A stretch of 64,000 bases of DNA from Marsupella aquatica (GCA_973895155.1 OZ316891.1:31255112-31319111), one strand, 5' to 3'. Counted from the first letter of the stretch, positions 39,201 through 52,034 are shown. The notes: a model not told the origin generated them from the sequence alone. A program made the numbers and translations.

Positions 39201-40082
39201 CACCACCACGAGTGAGAAATGATGCTGAAGAACATGAATGCATAGCCTCATAAGTTCTACTCATGTTTTTCTTTCCTAGGTTTATGGTTTTTATTGAAAG
39301 GAGTGTCATTCATAAGGCACCCTGAGTTAAGTGCACACATGGTAGCATAGTTTGACTGTACCTTTTCTTGTTCGCTGTGCTTTTCTTGGCAGACACTTTA
39401 CTTATATAATAACACTTCTATGCTCTCATATATTATTTACTTTCAGATCACTACAAGACAAAAAATAAAGCATGTTCCAGGATGAGCATGCTATATTCAA
39501 GCTGGATTGCCTGTTTCCAGTCAGCCATTTTCCCTAGACTAACATTTGCCTCAGGCTTACCTGACAAAATTGGGACAAAAATTTAAGGAAACATATTTAA
39601 TAAAGCGCCATTGAAAATCAAGATAAAGGTCTGCAGCATAGAGTGAAACCATTAGATCACCACTCTAGGGGCACAGCTATGGTCCAGGGTGGAACTGCAA
39701 GTGGGCACAATAGCATGCACCATCTACTTAACGAGCAAAGTTTGAGCATTCAAGCTAGTTTTGATAAATTAGCCAAATCCTTACTTTGTCCCCAGATCTG
39801 ATTGGATCTAATTAATAGCTCTCCATATAATCATGAAATTTAGATGGTGGAGACTGATGTGGCCCATAGTTCGTAAGACACTCATGATCTAGATGTAGCC
39901 ACCTTGTCTACTTTGAACAAATTAAGGTTTTCTCCACTTGACACGCTCTGCTGCACAAGCTGTTGGAGGGTTGTCATCAGGAGAGATATATTTGATGTAC
40001 CCCCAAAATGAAAAGTGTAGCTTGATTGACTTGACCCCACTGGTGATCCAGACAGGTATAGACCTTAAATCAACCTGCCCAA

Positions 40083-40304
40083 AATCTCATGGGCCATCAA
40101 CTAACACTTCTCAATTTAGTGGCACATCAAATATATCTATCTTCTCAATTTAGAGGTCCATCAAATATATCTTCTCATCAGCTTCGAACCAACAATCTCA
40201 TGGGCCATCAAGTAACACTTCTCAGTTTACTGGTACATCAAATATATCTCTCTTCTCAATTTAGAGGTCCATCAAATATATCTTCTCCTCACCTTCGAAC
40301 CAAC
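40083..40304. repeat. Tandem duplication, 2 x 111 bp, upstream of ERCC1
   Basis: AATCTCATGGGCCATCAA...CTTCGAACCAAC at 40083 and 40194, with internal CATCAAATATATCT sub-repeats. Confidence 0.88.
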
Positions 40305-41370
40305 GTTGCTTGGAGCATCGATGTTGCTCGAAGGCTAATTTAACTTAATTAAGCAGGTTGTGAAGTCGATCTGAGGAAGCCTGCTCTCTCGGAGAACTGT
40401 GGAGTTGTGGCAGTTTATTTTCAACTGGCTATGTCTGTAGGACTGGTAGTTGCGTGGTCCCGTTTTGGATTTTGGATTTCTGATTTGTGTATCACAGGAT
40501 GTACTGTCCGAACTAGAATGCATTGAGCAATGCAAATTTTGTTAATATTGTCGCTTATTTGAAGGAAATTTGTCCACTGTTCGATTTCTTTGGGAATGTC
40601 ACTGTTATCAGAGATTCATCCTTCACAGTGGTGAAGGTGGTGTGCTGATGATCGATCAGCTGCAGAGCGTCAATCATGGCCTTCGAGGTTGTTGATGCTG
40701 TGGAGATTTAGCGTTGGAAGCCTGTCCCGCCCGTCTAGTTGGGTGGGGAACAGTAGCAGTGCTGGATGAAGGAAGAAAGCTCAGTGTTCGAGCAGATTCT
40801 GATTGGGCTGTGCTTTGTGACGAGGAATTGAATTGAGTCGAAGGGAAGCAAAGGAAGAGCAGAAGGAGAGGCGATGTCTAGGCTCTTGTGTAGTTTCTTA
40901 TTCAAATTTATGCAAAATCGGTCTCCTCGTCATCCTCATTCTCGTCTTCAGCTTCCATCTCATCATCTTGTTCACTGTTTCCGTCATACTGATTGGGAGG
41001 ACCGAGGCATCCTTTGAGGAGGAGGGCGCATGCCACTTCTTTCTCCAATGTAGCTTCTGCTACACGTCCACCGGATTGGTTGAGCGCGAGCTTCGGTTTC
41101 TTGTATCGGTCCATGTAGCGTTTACACTTTCTTTTCATAGCATCGCCGTTAAGATCCTTCCCTGTTTAGTGTTTCTTTGATCTGATTGCAGTAAAGAGAT
41201 GACTTACATTTTGAATTCTTGGGGCTCCGTGTAGGGCATTGAGTAGTGAGAACAAAGTTATCTCCGATTGGATTCGACAACAAATTGAATTCAATTGACT
41301 CTAGTTAGGGCAAGGAATAGAGAGCACAAAAGATACTGTTCTGCCAGAGAGAGTGCGAGAGAGAGGAGAG

Positions 41371-44300
41371 ATGGAGGAGCAGGGTGGGGCGAGGAGGATT
41401 CTTGTGCAGATTCCGTCTGCGGAGGAGGTAGAGCGGCAATCTGCGGTGAGGACGCAGCCCCTAAACCTCTTCCGGCCCTCATCTGCTACTGCTGCATCAT
41501 CTTCTCCTACTGGGCAACCGAGGAGCTCACACGCAGAGCAGGGGCAGCAGGCGAATACTTTCACAGAAGCATTTTCATTCTTGCGGAACACTGAATTCTA
41601 CTCGGCTCCTCCTGCTGCGCCCCCTGCCCGTCCCCCGCATCCTACTCCTTCTATCCCTCCCATTCCATCGTCCACAACGACTTCACACGGAGGAGGAGGA
41701 TCTGCACCGTCCTTTGCGCCTGGAGATTTTAAAAAGGAAGGGTAAGCGTCGAATTCAATTACTTTGTGTTGTGCTGTGCATTGCTGCGTTGTTCATACCT
41801 TAATTTGATATCTGTTTGTATATACATCATGGACAAATGTCAACAGGTTTCATGTAAAGAAATAAGCCATTAGAAAATATGTCCCACACAAAGAATGTCA
41901 ATTTTTCCTCGTTTCTAACCGGATGTGAGCTTGGGCTAGATACAGCACTGGGTTCTTTCTTCCTTTCGGGTTCTTGGACGAGAAGTAAAGGGAAAATCGT
42001 TGGACGTAAAGAGACACTAAACCTTTTGACCAATCTTTCATGCCCAAAATTCTTGAAAATCTAAGGAAATTTGGTACACACAAAGGTCTGATTGTGGGCT
42101 GGATAGAGTGTACGCAGCTGCTCCGCAAACAGGACAAGCACGGAATTCAATTCTAGTCAGCCGCCGACAGGTAAAGTGACTTCGGTTTGCTTACAAATGT
42201 GGTTCTGTGTAGTTGTATGTGATATCAGTGCTCATGACTCAGTTTAGTCGCCCTTGGGCATTTCTGACCAATGTGTTTGGTAGCAGCAAGGGAATTCTGT
42301 GCTGAAACATATTCGCAATGCACGGTGGATGTTCACTGATATTGTCCCAGATTATATCTTGGGCCAACACACGTGTGCTCTGTACCTAAGGTACAAATTT
42401 TCAGTCATTCAGTCCTTTCTGCATCCAATTGTGAGAAATTGTTCTTATACTAGTGTCTAAGTGTGAGCGTTTATCGTGTTGCAGTTTACGGTACCATTTA
42501 CTGCATCCAGACTACATCTACTTTCGCATCCGAGAGCTTCAAAAAAGTTTTAGGTTGCGGGTTGTACTGTGCCATGTGGATGTGGTAATCCGACCAATTC
42601 ATCATTATCATTCCGAGAGACATGTCGCTACAGTGCTCAATTCCTGTTCGTTCAATTTAATGACATTAACAACCTAGTTAGCATTGGTCATGACAACTCT
42701 GTCCTAGAGGCAAAGGGCCTAGCCTTGTGACTCGAGATGGGAGGATGTGCATTTGTATGTCAACAAGCAAGGAAGGGCTGTCACTGCCCCTCTTGACAAG
42801 CCTTAATGTGCGTTTCCAGGATGATGTAATCAAGCCCCTGCATGAAGTTACAAAAACATGCCTCCTACACGACTGCAGTCTACTGTGTGCCTGGAGGTGC
42901 CTAAATTTCTTGCTCTCCTATGCTTACGTTAATTTCACTTTGCTGATCTTATGTGCATTAGACGCTGAAACTCATGTCGACGTCTCCATAAGTGACATCA
43001 TCTCATGAAATCATTCGAGCTAATACGCTATAAAATGTTGTCAGCCAGGAAGAATGTGCACGCTATTTGGAAACTATTAAGATTTACGAGAACAAGCCAG
43101 CTGATTACATACAAGAGCGTACAGATAATGACTATCTATCAAGGGTAACTATCCGAAACGCTTTACATGGTCGTAACTGCGCTTTTGAAATGGTTTGTGT
43201 TTAGGGAGCATACTGATGATTTGACTTCGTGTTTGAGTCGAAGATATTGTTTCGTTTGAGCTTCTGGAATGACGTTACTGCCTAACGTGACTCATGGGTG
43301 TGGTTAAGTGTTGTTCCGAGGCTACACTGGGGAAGGTCACTGAGGTACGAATCTCGATCTTGAGATCTTGAGCAGTGAACCAACGCTCTGTGTGGTCTTT
43401 GTGAAGAAAACATACTGACCCACTCATGGTGGGCTTTGTTACAGCTGACAAATTCCCTGACAACAGTCAGGCACGTTAACAAAACAGATGTCTTGACGCT
43501 TGGATCTACCTTCAAGGTGAGAAGATCTCCTTCATATAAGACAATTTACACACACCTGAAAAGCTTTGATGGATGTACGGGCTGCACACTGTTAGGATCT
43601 ATCTGCTAGTGCAGTCAAGAGAAGGCTTATCACGGTCTTGTCCAGTGATCAGATGGCTTTATGAAAGCAAGAGCGCAGGGCTACTACACACAAACCAGTG
43701 TTGCCGTTGTTGTTTCCTTTCCATAGTACATGTGTTATCTAGTTGTACTGATTGATCGTACAATTTTTCCTAACTTGCAGACCTTATCTGCTATCATGAA
43801 TGCATCTATGGATGACTTGGCTCGATGTCCAGGAATTGGTGAACGCAAGGTATGTTTCGAACTTTCTTCTCAAGTCTGTGTTGAGAAATGACACAGTTAG
43901 TCTTCTTAGCCAAGTGAATAGTGGGTGGGAATTCCGGATTCCCTTCTCTAAACACCTTCTATGGGTATCAGCTAATATTTCGATGTACTCTGACCCAGGT
44001 AATGCGTCTACATGATGCGTTTAATGAACCGTTTCGTCGAGTTCCAACTGCCAAAAAATCACAACAGAGCAATGGAGATAAGGTAGCAGCTGATGAAAGC
44101 CAAGCTCGACGTACTGAAGGAGAGGGTCTCGCAGGAGGAAATACTGTAGGAGAAAGTAACACCGAAACCAAGGAAGCCACCCCTGCTAGCAAGCTAATCA
44201 ACAGAGAAGATGAGACGGCTGTGCGGGAAGCTTTGAAAGTAGTGCGGAGAAAAGCAAACAAAAGAACTGCTTCCAAACTAGAGGCAAAAACTGGAACTAA

Positions 44301-44409
44301 CCCCGTAAATGAAGACCTGCAACCTACAAACATATTAAAACCCGAGAGGACTATCAATCCACTTCCTGACAGCATTCAAGAAGAGTATGTGATATCTTTG
44401 GATGATTAG
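41371..44409 (+). CDS. ERCC1: DNA excision repair protein ERCC1 (Rad10 domain + HhH), 9 coding exons
   Basis: Exons 41371-41741, 42107-42170, 42287-42390, 42485-42584, 42820-42896, 43045-43144, 43445-43516, 43781-43849, 43999-44409, all phase-consistent. Motifs: [97 protein letters not shown]. Confidence 0.93.
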
Positions 44410-45309
44410 TGTCTGATTAATCATATTGTGTCCTCCACCCATCAGAAGCTCGTGTCTACGGTCTCTTAATTACAGGTCCACTATTTTGCCTGGCATGAGT
44501 CTAGAGCTGGCTTGAAGGGTCTAGTTCATTATTTGGTTCACTGCATGGAGCAGCTACCTCACTCTGCAAGTCTTCGCGGCTACTGAAGATTGTCTTGAAG
44601 ACCTCACCAGGTCACTCTGAGAAAGGAATACATGCTTCAGAAGACCATACAAGGTCAGCTGTAACTTTATGCCAATTCAGTGCATGAAGTACTCATGCAC
44701 CGCACAAGATTCATGAGATTATGAGTTTCGTGGCTAACTTCTCCACAAACTAACAGCAACTTAGATGTACGATGATATGTAAATCCAGTTTCATCCTACT
44801 TTGTTCCAGACACAATCCGATTCTATCCCTGACTGTGAATATACGAATAGGTACACGGAAAGACACACTTTAAAACATCAAGGATGGATCGATCCATAGC
44901 AGCGATGGTCCTGATAGAAGTGGTGGCTCAAGGAAGATTATTAACTTTATTTAGGATCATGGACAATCAAGCCGTGACCGTCATAGCTGCATCTTTAGGA
45001 TTATAAAAGGTAGCACGCAGTGCAACTCGAAAGCTACCAAGCAGCCAATATGGGCTGGCAATATGATTAGCGTACCTGGTTGAACCAAGCCATGATAATT
45101 TGGCAGCGTGCAAAGGATTTGTGAGGGACAATATCGAAAATTGGAGGATTGGGAAGTTAATAGGTGGACTCAGTTTGATTGGCCAAGGCTAACTGTATTG
45201 TTGGCTCAAGATTTGTGAAGCATCCTCCGCCTCTTCCCCACCTTTTATGGAAATAATCTAAGTTTAAATATCAAAATTAGATTATAGTAAACTAGCCTGA
45301 TGTCTGTGT

Positions 45310-45670
45310 GTTGCACACAAAATGTTGAGGTGAGGAAAAGATCTTGAGATGGGAAAATATGTTGAGGTGAGAAAAAAATGTCAAGATGACAAAAGATGCC
45401 AAAGAGAGAATAGATGGCAATGTGAGAAAACTATCTTGAGGCACTGAGGAAAAGATGTTGAGAGAAAAGATATGAAAGGTGAGAAAAAGATATCGTGATG
45501 AGATACAGATGTCAAGGTGAGAAACCAATATCGAGGTGAGGAAACGATGTAGAGGAGAGAAAAAAAAATGTTGAGAAAAGAAAAGATGTCTAGCGTGAAA
45601 ACAAGATGTCATGGTAAGAGAAAAATTTCGTGAAGAGAAAAATATGTCCAGCTGAGGCAAAGAAAATATA
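45310..45670. repeat. Degenerate A-rich minisatellite (GATGTTGAGGTGAGAAAA-like)
   Basis: Imperfect units of about 20 bp repeated across the interval. Confidence 0.7.
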
Positions 45671-48452
45671 AGTTTTGCAATGTAGTTATTGAGACATGTT
45701 ATGTGTGTTCCCAACCATATAGTTGTTGTGGTCCTATTCAGTGCTTGTGCATTGCACAAAAAATGTTGCAAAAAAGATGTCATTATGTAAAAACATCCAT
45801 GCATGAGGGAGAGTGAAAAACTTTATGGCAACCAAGGCAGGCGCATCACGCAACGCTAGGTGGAGGGAGACATCCCGCCTCCCTTCTTTCCTAAACCCTA
45901 AACCCCTTTGAACTTTGGGGCTCCCTAGTCCCTGGCCCCTCATAATGGTGTCCCAAGTGCCCTCATCCCAATGGCAACACATGACACTCACATATGCGAT
46001 ATGTCATCATCCTCATAAAGAACTTTTGTGGTATACTAAATTCCTTGTCTTATGTGCTTTACATAGGGAGATTGATTTTTGGCTAATGAAAGGCTAGGAT
46101 AAAACAAAGGATAAATCTAATGGTCATAAGATGTTCCCTTCAAAAGTCACTTTGTAAACTGATGACCCACCATTTTTGGCGGGATTCCATATTATAGTAG
46201 TAGATTGATGGCAATTCCCTATCATAAACCTAGGAAGGAGAGGACAGAATTGACAGGTCACTTGTGTTTTGCTTGAGTTTTACCATACCTGATGCACACT
46301 CCGGTCCAATTTAGACTCTCTCTCCTTCACAAAAAAGGTGGTCGAGTAGCATATTTAATAAGGTACTGGTAGATTGCGAAGACAGAAATAGGGACTTTCA
46401 AAAGACTACCTTCCCCAAAAAAGTGGTCAGTTAGTGCATTTAGTAAGGTACTGGTAGAATGAGAAGACACAAAGATGGCCTTTCAAAAGACTAACTAACT
46501 CAAAAGGTGATCTAAACTTTGGTCAGAACTACACTGGCCACATAGGCATTTTGGGACACCCACTCTTGTGCATGTAGGATTGGGCATTGTTTTTGTACAA
46601 GTGATCCCTCAACTTCATGTAAGCCAAAGAGGACCAGTCATTTGATGTGAACAGTTGGGATGAAATCTAGAAAAGGATCGGCCATATGGTTGTGATGAAA
46701 TTAAAATTAAAATGTTGGAATGTCATTTGATATGAATGGTTGTGATGGAATTTAAAAGAGGATCAGTCACAGGGTTGCAATAAAACTTAGAAGTAAAATG
46801 TTGGAAGGTCATTTGAAATGAACAGTAGTGATGAAATTTAAAGGAGTATCTGGCCAGATGGTTGTTATGACGGATCCAGTTGTTCGTGGATCCAAATAAG
46901 AATCCAAAAGTTTCAGACCCCCCAAAAAGTTCAATATTGTTTGAAAAGGTGCACCACTCATGCACCAATTAGATCCCAGTTCTTGGTTTTAATTGACGAG
47001 CTGGGACAAGCAACTGCCACCTCTAAATAACGGGTTTGCACCTTTGCAAAAAATTGAGTGGTGCACCTTTTCAAAAACTTGGGAAGTACCCTCCTGCAAC
47101 CCGCTCAAATAAAATTAAGGAGTGGGGGGGATACTTCACATGTCGTCCTCCTGCCAATCAATCTAGTCTTGAAACAATGGAAGAGTCGTGAACTCTGGAT
47201 GTATTATCGTCTCCAAAGACCACAGAATTTTAGTTTGATTTTGAGTTAAGTTTTATGTGAGGAGCGATGCAGATCATTGTGGCTATGGAGAATCCTCAGG
47301 ACATCATTGTGCAGTCAGATCTCTTCTTTTACCTCACCTCAATTGGATCCGCTGCAAGACGGGAGGCAAGCAATCTGAGTGGAGTGGCACTTTGGATTTG
47401 GAATAGCTGAGCTGGGCTCAGCCCATCTGAATTCCAAGTGACAAGTCAAGGTTTGTGCGAGAAATTTCGAGTGACAGCTCACGGTTTAACAATGCCGCCT
47501 TCTCAGGGTTCCTCGTCCTCGCCACCAGGATTGTACGTGGATTCAAGGAGATCCCGCGTGGCTATCCCTAATCCTGGGCTGTCGCAAGGTAACAATGCTT
47601 GTAGCATTTTTTGTCTACTCAGTATTGCCTGTCGTAGCTCATTATTTAATGTCGCTTTAGTTGCTTTTCGGGGATCTGGTACCGAACTGTGTGTAGCTGC
47701 ATGCTGACGAATCCAGTGATTGCTGTTAGGTTCGCGTTACCACTTTTACCCGGCTTCTCGCGATGTTCTTTGGGCCTCAGAATTCTAGTAAAACGCTAGC
47801 TGTACTTGATGTTTTTTCTGCGTTTCAACCCTCTATTGCTGGGCCACAATACTTCTGAACTCTTAAAGGAAGCCCTGGATACCTCGTTCGTCTCCCCATC
47901 CTGCTTCAAGTCCTGCTCAATTTGTGGATTACGTCTGCTGACTTGTTAAACTCCAAAGGATATCTCCGTTGAGGAGCTTCTCTTATTGCCCATCATCATC
48001 TAGATCAATTTTGCGCCCACTTCCCATCCACTTGCTGTTCTGAATGAATTGTCGAGCCATCTGCCCAATTTGCTACTTACCTGCAAAGTCACTCGTACAC
48101 AAGTTTGTCTTTGAATAAATGTCTTCAATTTTTCGTGTGGTGTGCAGGATAATTTGGTTTGAAGGGTTCTTTCTTGGAGGGCCATGAACAAGAGCACTTG
48201 CGCCAAAGTTTTTCAGAGCGCAATGTGCAGGTAGGGTGGTGGTTGCCTTGGCATTCGAAAGCAAGCATTTCTCGTACCTTTTCCTCTCATAGCTTGACTT
48301 CCCGAAGAGAGCCTTCGCCTAGTGAATTTCTTTCCATATCGAAGGGGAAAATACGAGACTGTAAATTTGAGGGCCCTGCAAGATTGCACTACATAGACTG
48401 ATTTGAACGTTTGTCAAACAGGTAAGATAATATTTCTCACAATTGTAATATT

Positions 48453-48629
48453 AAGCTCTCTATTCCCGCCACGGGAACGGAGCTGACTCTATGGGAATTT
48501 TGGATATGGACCGTCTTAAGCAACATTCCACAGCCATGTACTATCAAGCTCTCTAATCCCGCCACGGGAACGGAGCTGACTCTATGGGAATTTTGGATAT
48601 GGACCGTCTTAGGCAACATTCCACAGCCA
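48453..48629. repeat. Near-perfect tandem duplication, period 93 bp
   Basis: AAGCTCTCTA(T/A)TCCCGCCACGGGAACGG...CATTCCACAGCCA at 48453 and 48546. Confidence 0.9.
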
Positions 48630-48966
48630 GGTATGATTAATTTTGTATGCATGTCATTTTGTTGGACGTTTATGTGACCAAATACCTTGAATACATTCTC
48701 AACAAAGACGTTTGATTTGCAGAGTTCATCCTTCATCTTCCGGTGTGGTTGGTGTTGGCACCAGCCATGAATCTTGTACAAGGCCTTCAGGTAATAAGAC
48801 TGAAGAGCGATTTCAACGTCGTCCTTACCTACTTTAAATAAAAATCCGTGTTCCAGCACCACGATTTGACAATTAGATTTGCATGAAGTTCCCGCTCTGA
48901 GACTGATGTGATGTAGACTTGAATTGCAAGTTTGATTCTTTATTCATCTCTAAGGAAGCACAGGGA

Positions 48967-49170
48967 AGGGGGCCGCTCTCACATTCATGTCATATGTGTC
49001 TGCCCTCAATGGATCCTACAGAGCCAATTTAAATATTGCTGGAGAGGCTTGTTTTCTGAATTATACGAGAGGGAGGGGGGCGCGGTGACATTCATGTCAT
49101 TTGTGTCGACTCTCAATTGGACTCTATAGAGCCAGCCTAAATTGTTCTGGACAGTCTTTATTTCTGAATT
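48967..49170. repeat. Diverged tandem duplication, period ~107 bp
   Basis: GGGGG..CACATTCATGTCAT.TGTGTC...CTCAAT...AGAGCCA...TTTCTGAATT occurs twice. Confidence 0.7.
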
Positions 49171-49793
49171 GTACTATCTTTTGAAAAAAACCTGAGATCT
49201 GTCAGCCAGGTTATACTTAGACAGTGTAGGCAACCTACAAATGAACGTTTGTCAATGTGCCCGAAGAGTCTATCCTAAAAGCAAACCAAGGATAACGTGT
49301 CAATGACTGACTGATAGCCAATTAGGATTTTGAATGTGTCTTTTCTATGGTTACGGTGAAATACCGGAGTATGAGCGAGCTTATTGATGCTTGAGCTACC
49401 CTGGATATGTCTTTCACAATGAATTCTAAGATCATTGCTTTCTTGACAGATAGTTGTTACTCTCGATTGAAAAGGAGTCATATAACTTTTGCAAGTTATC
49501 TATATCAAAGATCACAGCAGAGCAAGGGAGACAAGAAAATACATCTTTGGACGGAGGTAGGCATGCATCCTAGCCGTAGGACCCAACAGACTTAGCGGGC
49601 TGCTATCTATTTCTGAACATTTCATTTTAAAAAGTCCTAACGAAATGAAACAAATTGACTATACCTCGCGGAGTCTCCTGATTTTGTCCTGGTGTCAATC
49701 AGGCTTTCCAGAAATGACCGTGGGTTGTGGTGCTGACAGAGGAAGCCCAGAGCACCTGAGTTTAATCATAAGATTACAAGGAAAGCACTTTGG

Positions 49794-52034
49794 GTGAATG
49801 AATGGTCAACTCCAGCATGGCTTAAGGCGAGGACGCATTTGATTACCCAAGGCAGATTGCAATCTCGTGTTAGTTATGGCACGAGAGATTGGTCTCAAGT
49901 CACTGCACAAGGGAATGGCAGTAGGCACATGCATGATGCTGGTATCGTAAGTGAAGCAATTGCTGTTTTGAAGGATCGTCTACAACGAGGCATTCCTGTA
50001 GACTCGTACACATATGTCAAAGTTCTCCAAATGTGCTCGAAACGGAAAGACCTTTTAGCGACCACGGAGGTGCATGACCACATCATCCAGAGTGGAATGG
50101 ATAAGAATGTTTATGTGGCGGTAACCCTCCTGAATGTGTATATCAAATGTGGGGCATTGTTGAAAGCACGTCGAGTTTTTTATCAACTTGAGACGAAGAG
50201 TGTTATTACTTGGAACGCTATGATAGGAGCATATGCTAACAGTGATCATGCTGAATCTGTACCGGAACTTTTCAATCAAATGCGCCAAGAACAAGTGCAG
50301 CCTGATGAGATCACATATCTGAGCATCCTGAAGGCATGTGACAAGCCATTAGCTCTAAAATGGGGACAGGAAGTTCATGTGTATATTCGAGATGCTGGCT
50401 TTGAATCAGATGTGCGTGTAGGGTCTGCCCTTCTACAGATGTATGCAAAATGCGGGTGCATCACCGAGGCAAGGAACGTTTTTGAAAGGTTGAGCAATCG
50501 AAATGTCGTCACATGGACAGTTATGATTCGAGCATATGCAGAACTTGGTCATGGTGTGGAAGCATATCAACTGTTTCTCCAAATGAGACGGGAAGGCTTC
50601 GAACCAAATGCAATCACCTATGCGAGCATCCTGAATCCATCTGCAAGTGCGGGGGCTTTGGAGTGGGTGAAGGAGGTTCATGGCCATGCTAGCAAAGCGG
50701 GACTTGAGTCTGATTTGCGTGTGGGCAATGCACTTGTTCACATGTATGCAAAGAGTGGCAGTATAGATGACGCCCGACTGGTTTTCGACAGAATGAAAAA
50801 ACGCCATGTAGTCACATGGAATGTAATGATTGGTGGACTTGCGCAACATGGATGTGGACATGAAGCATATAGACTATTTCTCCAGATGAGACGCGAAGGC
50901 TTCGAACCAGATGCATTCACTTATGCTAGTATCCTGAATGCATCTGCAAGTGCGGGGGCTTTGGAGTGGGTGAAGGAGGTTCATGGCCATGCTAGAAAAG
51001 CCGGACTGGAGTCAGATTTGCGTGTGGGCAACGCACTTGTTCACATGTATGCACAGAGTGGCAGTATAGATGACGCCCGACTTATTTTTGACAGAATGGA
51101 GAAGCGTGATGTAGTCACATGGACTATAATGATCGGTGGACTTGCCCAACATGGATGTGGGAATGAAGCGCTGGAACTATTCAGAAAAATGACCGCAGAC
51201 GGTGTGAAGCCCGACAGTTATTCAATCGTGGCAGTGTTGTCAGCCTGTTGTCACGGAGGCCTTGTTGATGATGGTCTTAAACTCTTTTCAGATTTGACGC
51301 AAGAGTATGCCATCGAGCCTCACATGGTGCATTATACGTGCATGGTGGATCTTCTTGGCAGGGCTGGACACTTGGAGGAAGCAAAGCTCTTCATTAGTGA
51401 CATGCCAGTTGAACCAGATGCAGTAACTTGGAAAGCCTTGCTTGGTGCTTGTAGAACTTACGGTAATGTGGAGTTGGGCGAACTTGCTGCCAAAGAGCTT
51501 CTCAAGTTGGAACCCAACGATTCGTCCGCATATGTGCTCCTCTCCAACATCTATGCTGCAGCTGGTAAGTGGGAGAAGGTGTCATTGGTGCGCACCATGA
51601 TGCAGAACAGAGGTGTTCGGAAGGAGCCAGGACGTAGCTGGATTGAAATTGATAAGAAGATCCATAAATTCGTTGTAGCGGATAGATCTCACCCAGAAGC
51701 GAAGGCGATATATACTGAGCTCTTTAAATTGACTGACAAACTGAAGGCTGAAGGCTACATTCCGGATACCCGACTTGTGTTGCATGATATCAAAGAGGAA
51801 GATAAAGAACTCGCTCTTTGCTCTCATAGTGAGAAGTTGGCTATATCTTACGGACTTATGCACATACCTCGGGGAAAACCAATTCGTATATGGAAGAACC
51901 TTCGGGTGTGTTCAGATTGCCATACCGCAACCAAGTATATCTCTAAGGTGACTGGACGCGACATTGTAGCCAGGGATGCCAATCGCTTTCACCATTTCAA
52001 AGATGGCATATGTTCTTGTGGCGATTACTGGTGA
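49794..52034 (+). CDS. PLS-class pentatricopeptide repeat protein with E1/E2 and DYW cytidine deaminase domain (organellar C-to-U RNA editing factor)
   Basis: 746-aa open frame with about 14 P/L/S repeats, E1/E2, PG box (PGRSWIE), HSEKLA, CSDCH and terminal SCGDYW. The true 5' end is uncertain: the track starts at GTG, the first in-frame ATG is near 49929, and upstream exons may exist around 47490-48230. Confidence 0.93.
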   Translation: MNEWSTPAWLKARTHLITQGRLQSRVSYGTRDWSQVTAQGNGSRHMHDAGIVSEAIAVLKDRLQRGIPVDSYTYVKVLQMCSKRKDLLATTEVHDHIIQSGMDKNVYVAVTLLNVYIKCGALLKARRVFYQLETKSVITWNAMIGAYANSDHAESVPELFNQMRQEQVQPDEITYLSILKACDKPLALKWGQEVHVYIRDAGFESDVRVGSALLQMYAKCGCITEARNVFERLSNRNVVTWTVMIRAYAELGHGVEAYQLFLQMRREGFEPNAITYASILNPSASAGALEWVKEVHGHASKAGLESDLRVGNALVHMYAKSGSIDDARLVFDRMKKRHVVTWNVMIGGLAQHGCGHEAYRLFLQMRREGFEPDAFTYASILNASASAGALEWVKEVHGHARKAGLESDLRVGNALVHMYAQSGSIDDARLIFDRMEKRDVVTWTIMIGGLAQHGCGNEALELFRKMTADGVKPDSYSIVAVLSACCHGGLVDDGLKLFSDLTQEYAIEPHMVHYTCMVDLLGRAGHLEEAKLFISDMPVEPDAVTWKALLGACRTYGNVELGELAAKELLKLEPNDSSAYVLLSNIYAAAGKWEKVSLVRTMMQNRGVRKEPGRSWIEIDKKIHKFVVADRSHPEAKAIYTELFKLTDKLKAEGYIPDTRLVLHDIKEEDKELALCSHSEKLAISYGLMHIPRGKPIRIWKNLRVCSDCHTATKYISKVTGRDIVARDANRFHHFKDGICSCGDYW

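Noticed and set aside
47492-48230. Upstream coding exons of the PPR gene (MPPSQGSSSS.. with donor at ~47589)
   Set aside because: Splice sites are plausible, but I could not build an unambiguous in-frame path to the PPR ORF, so it was left unannotated.
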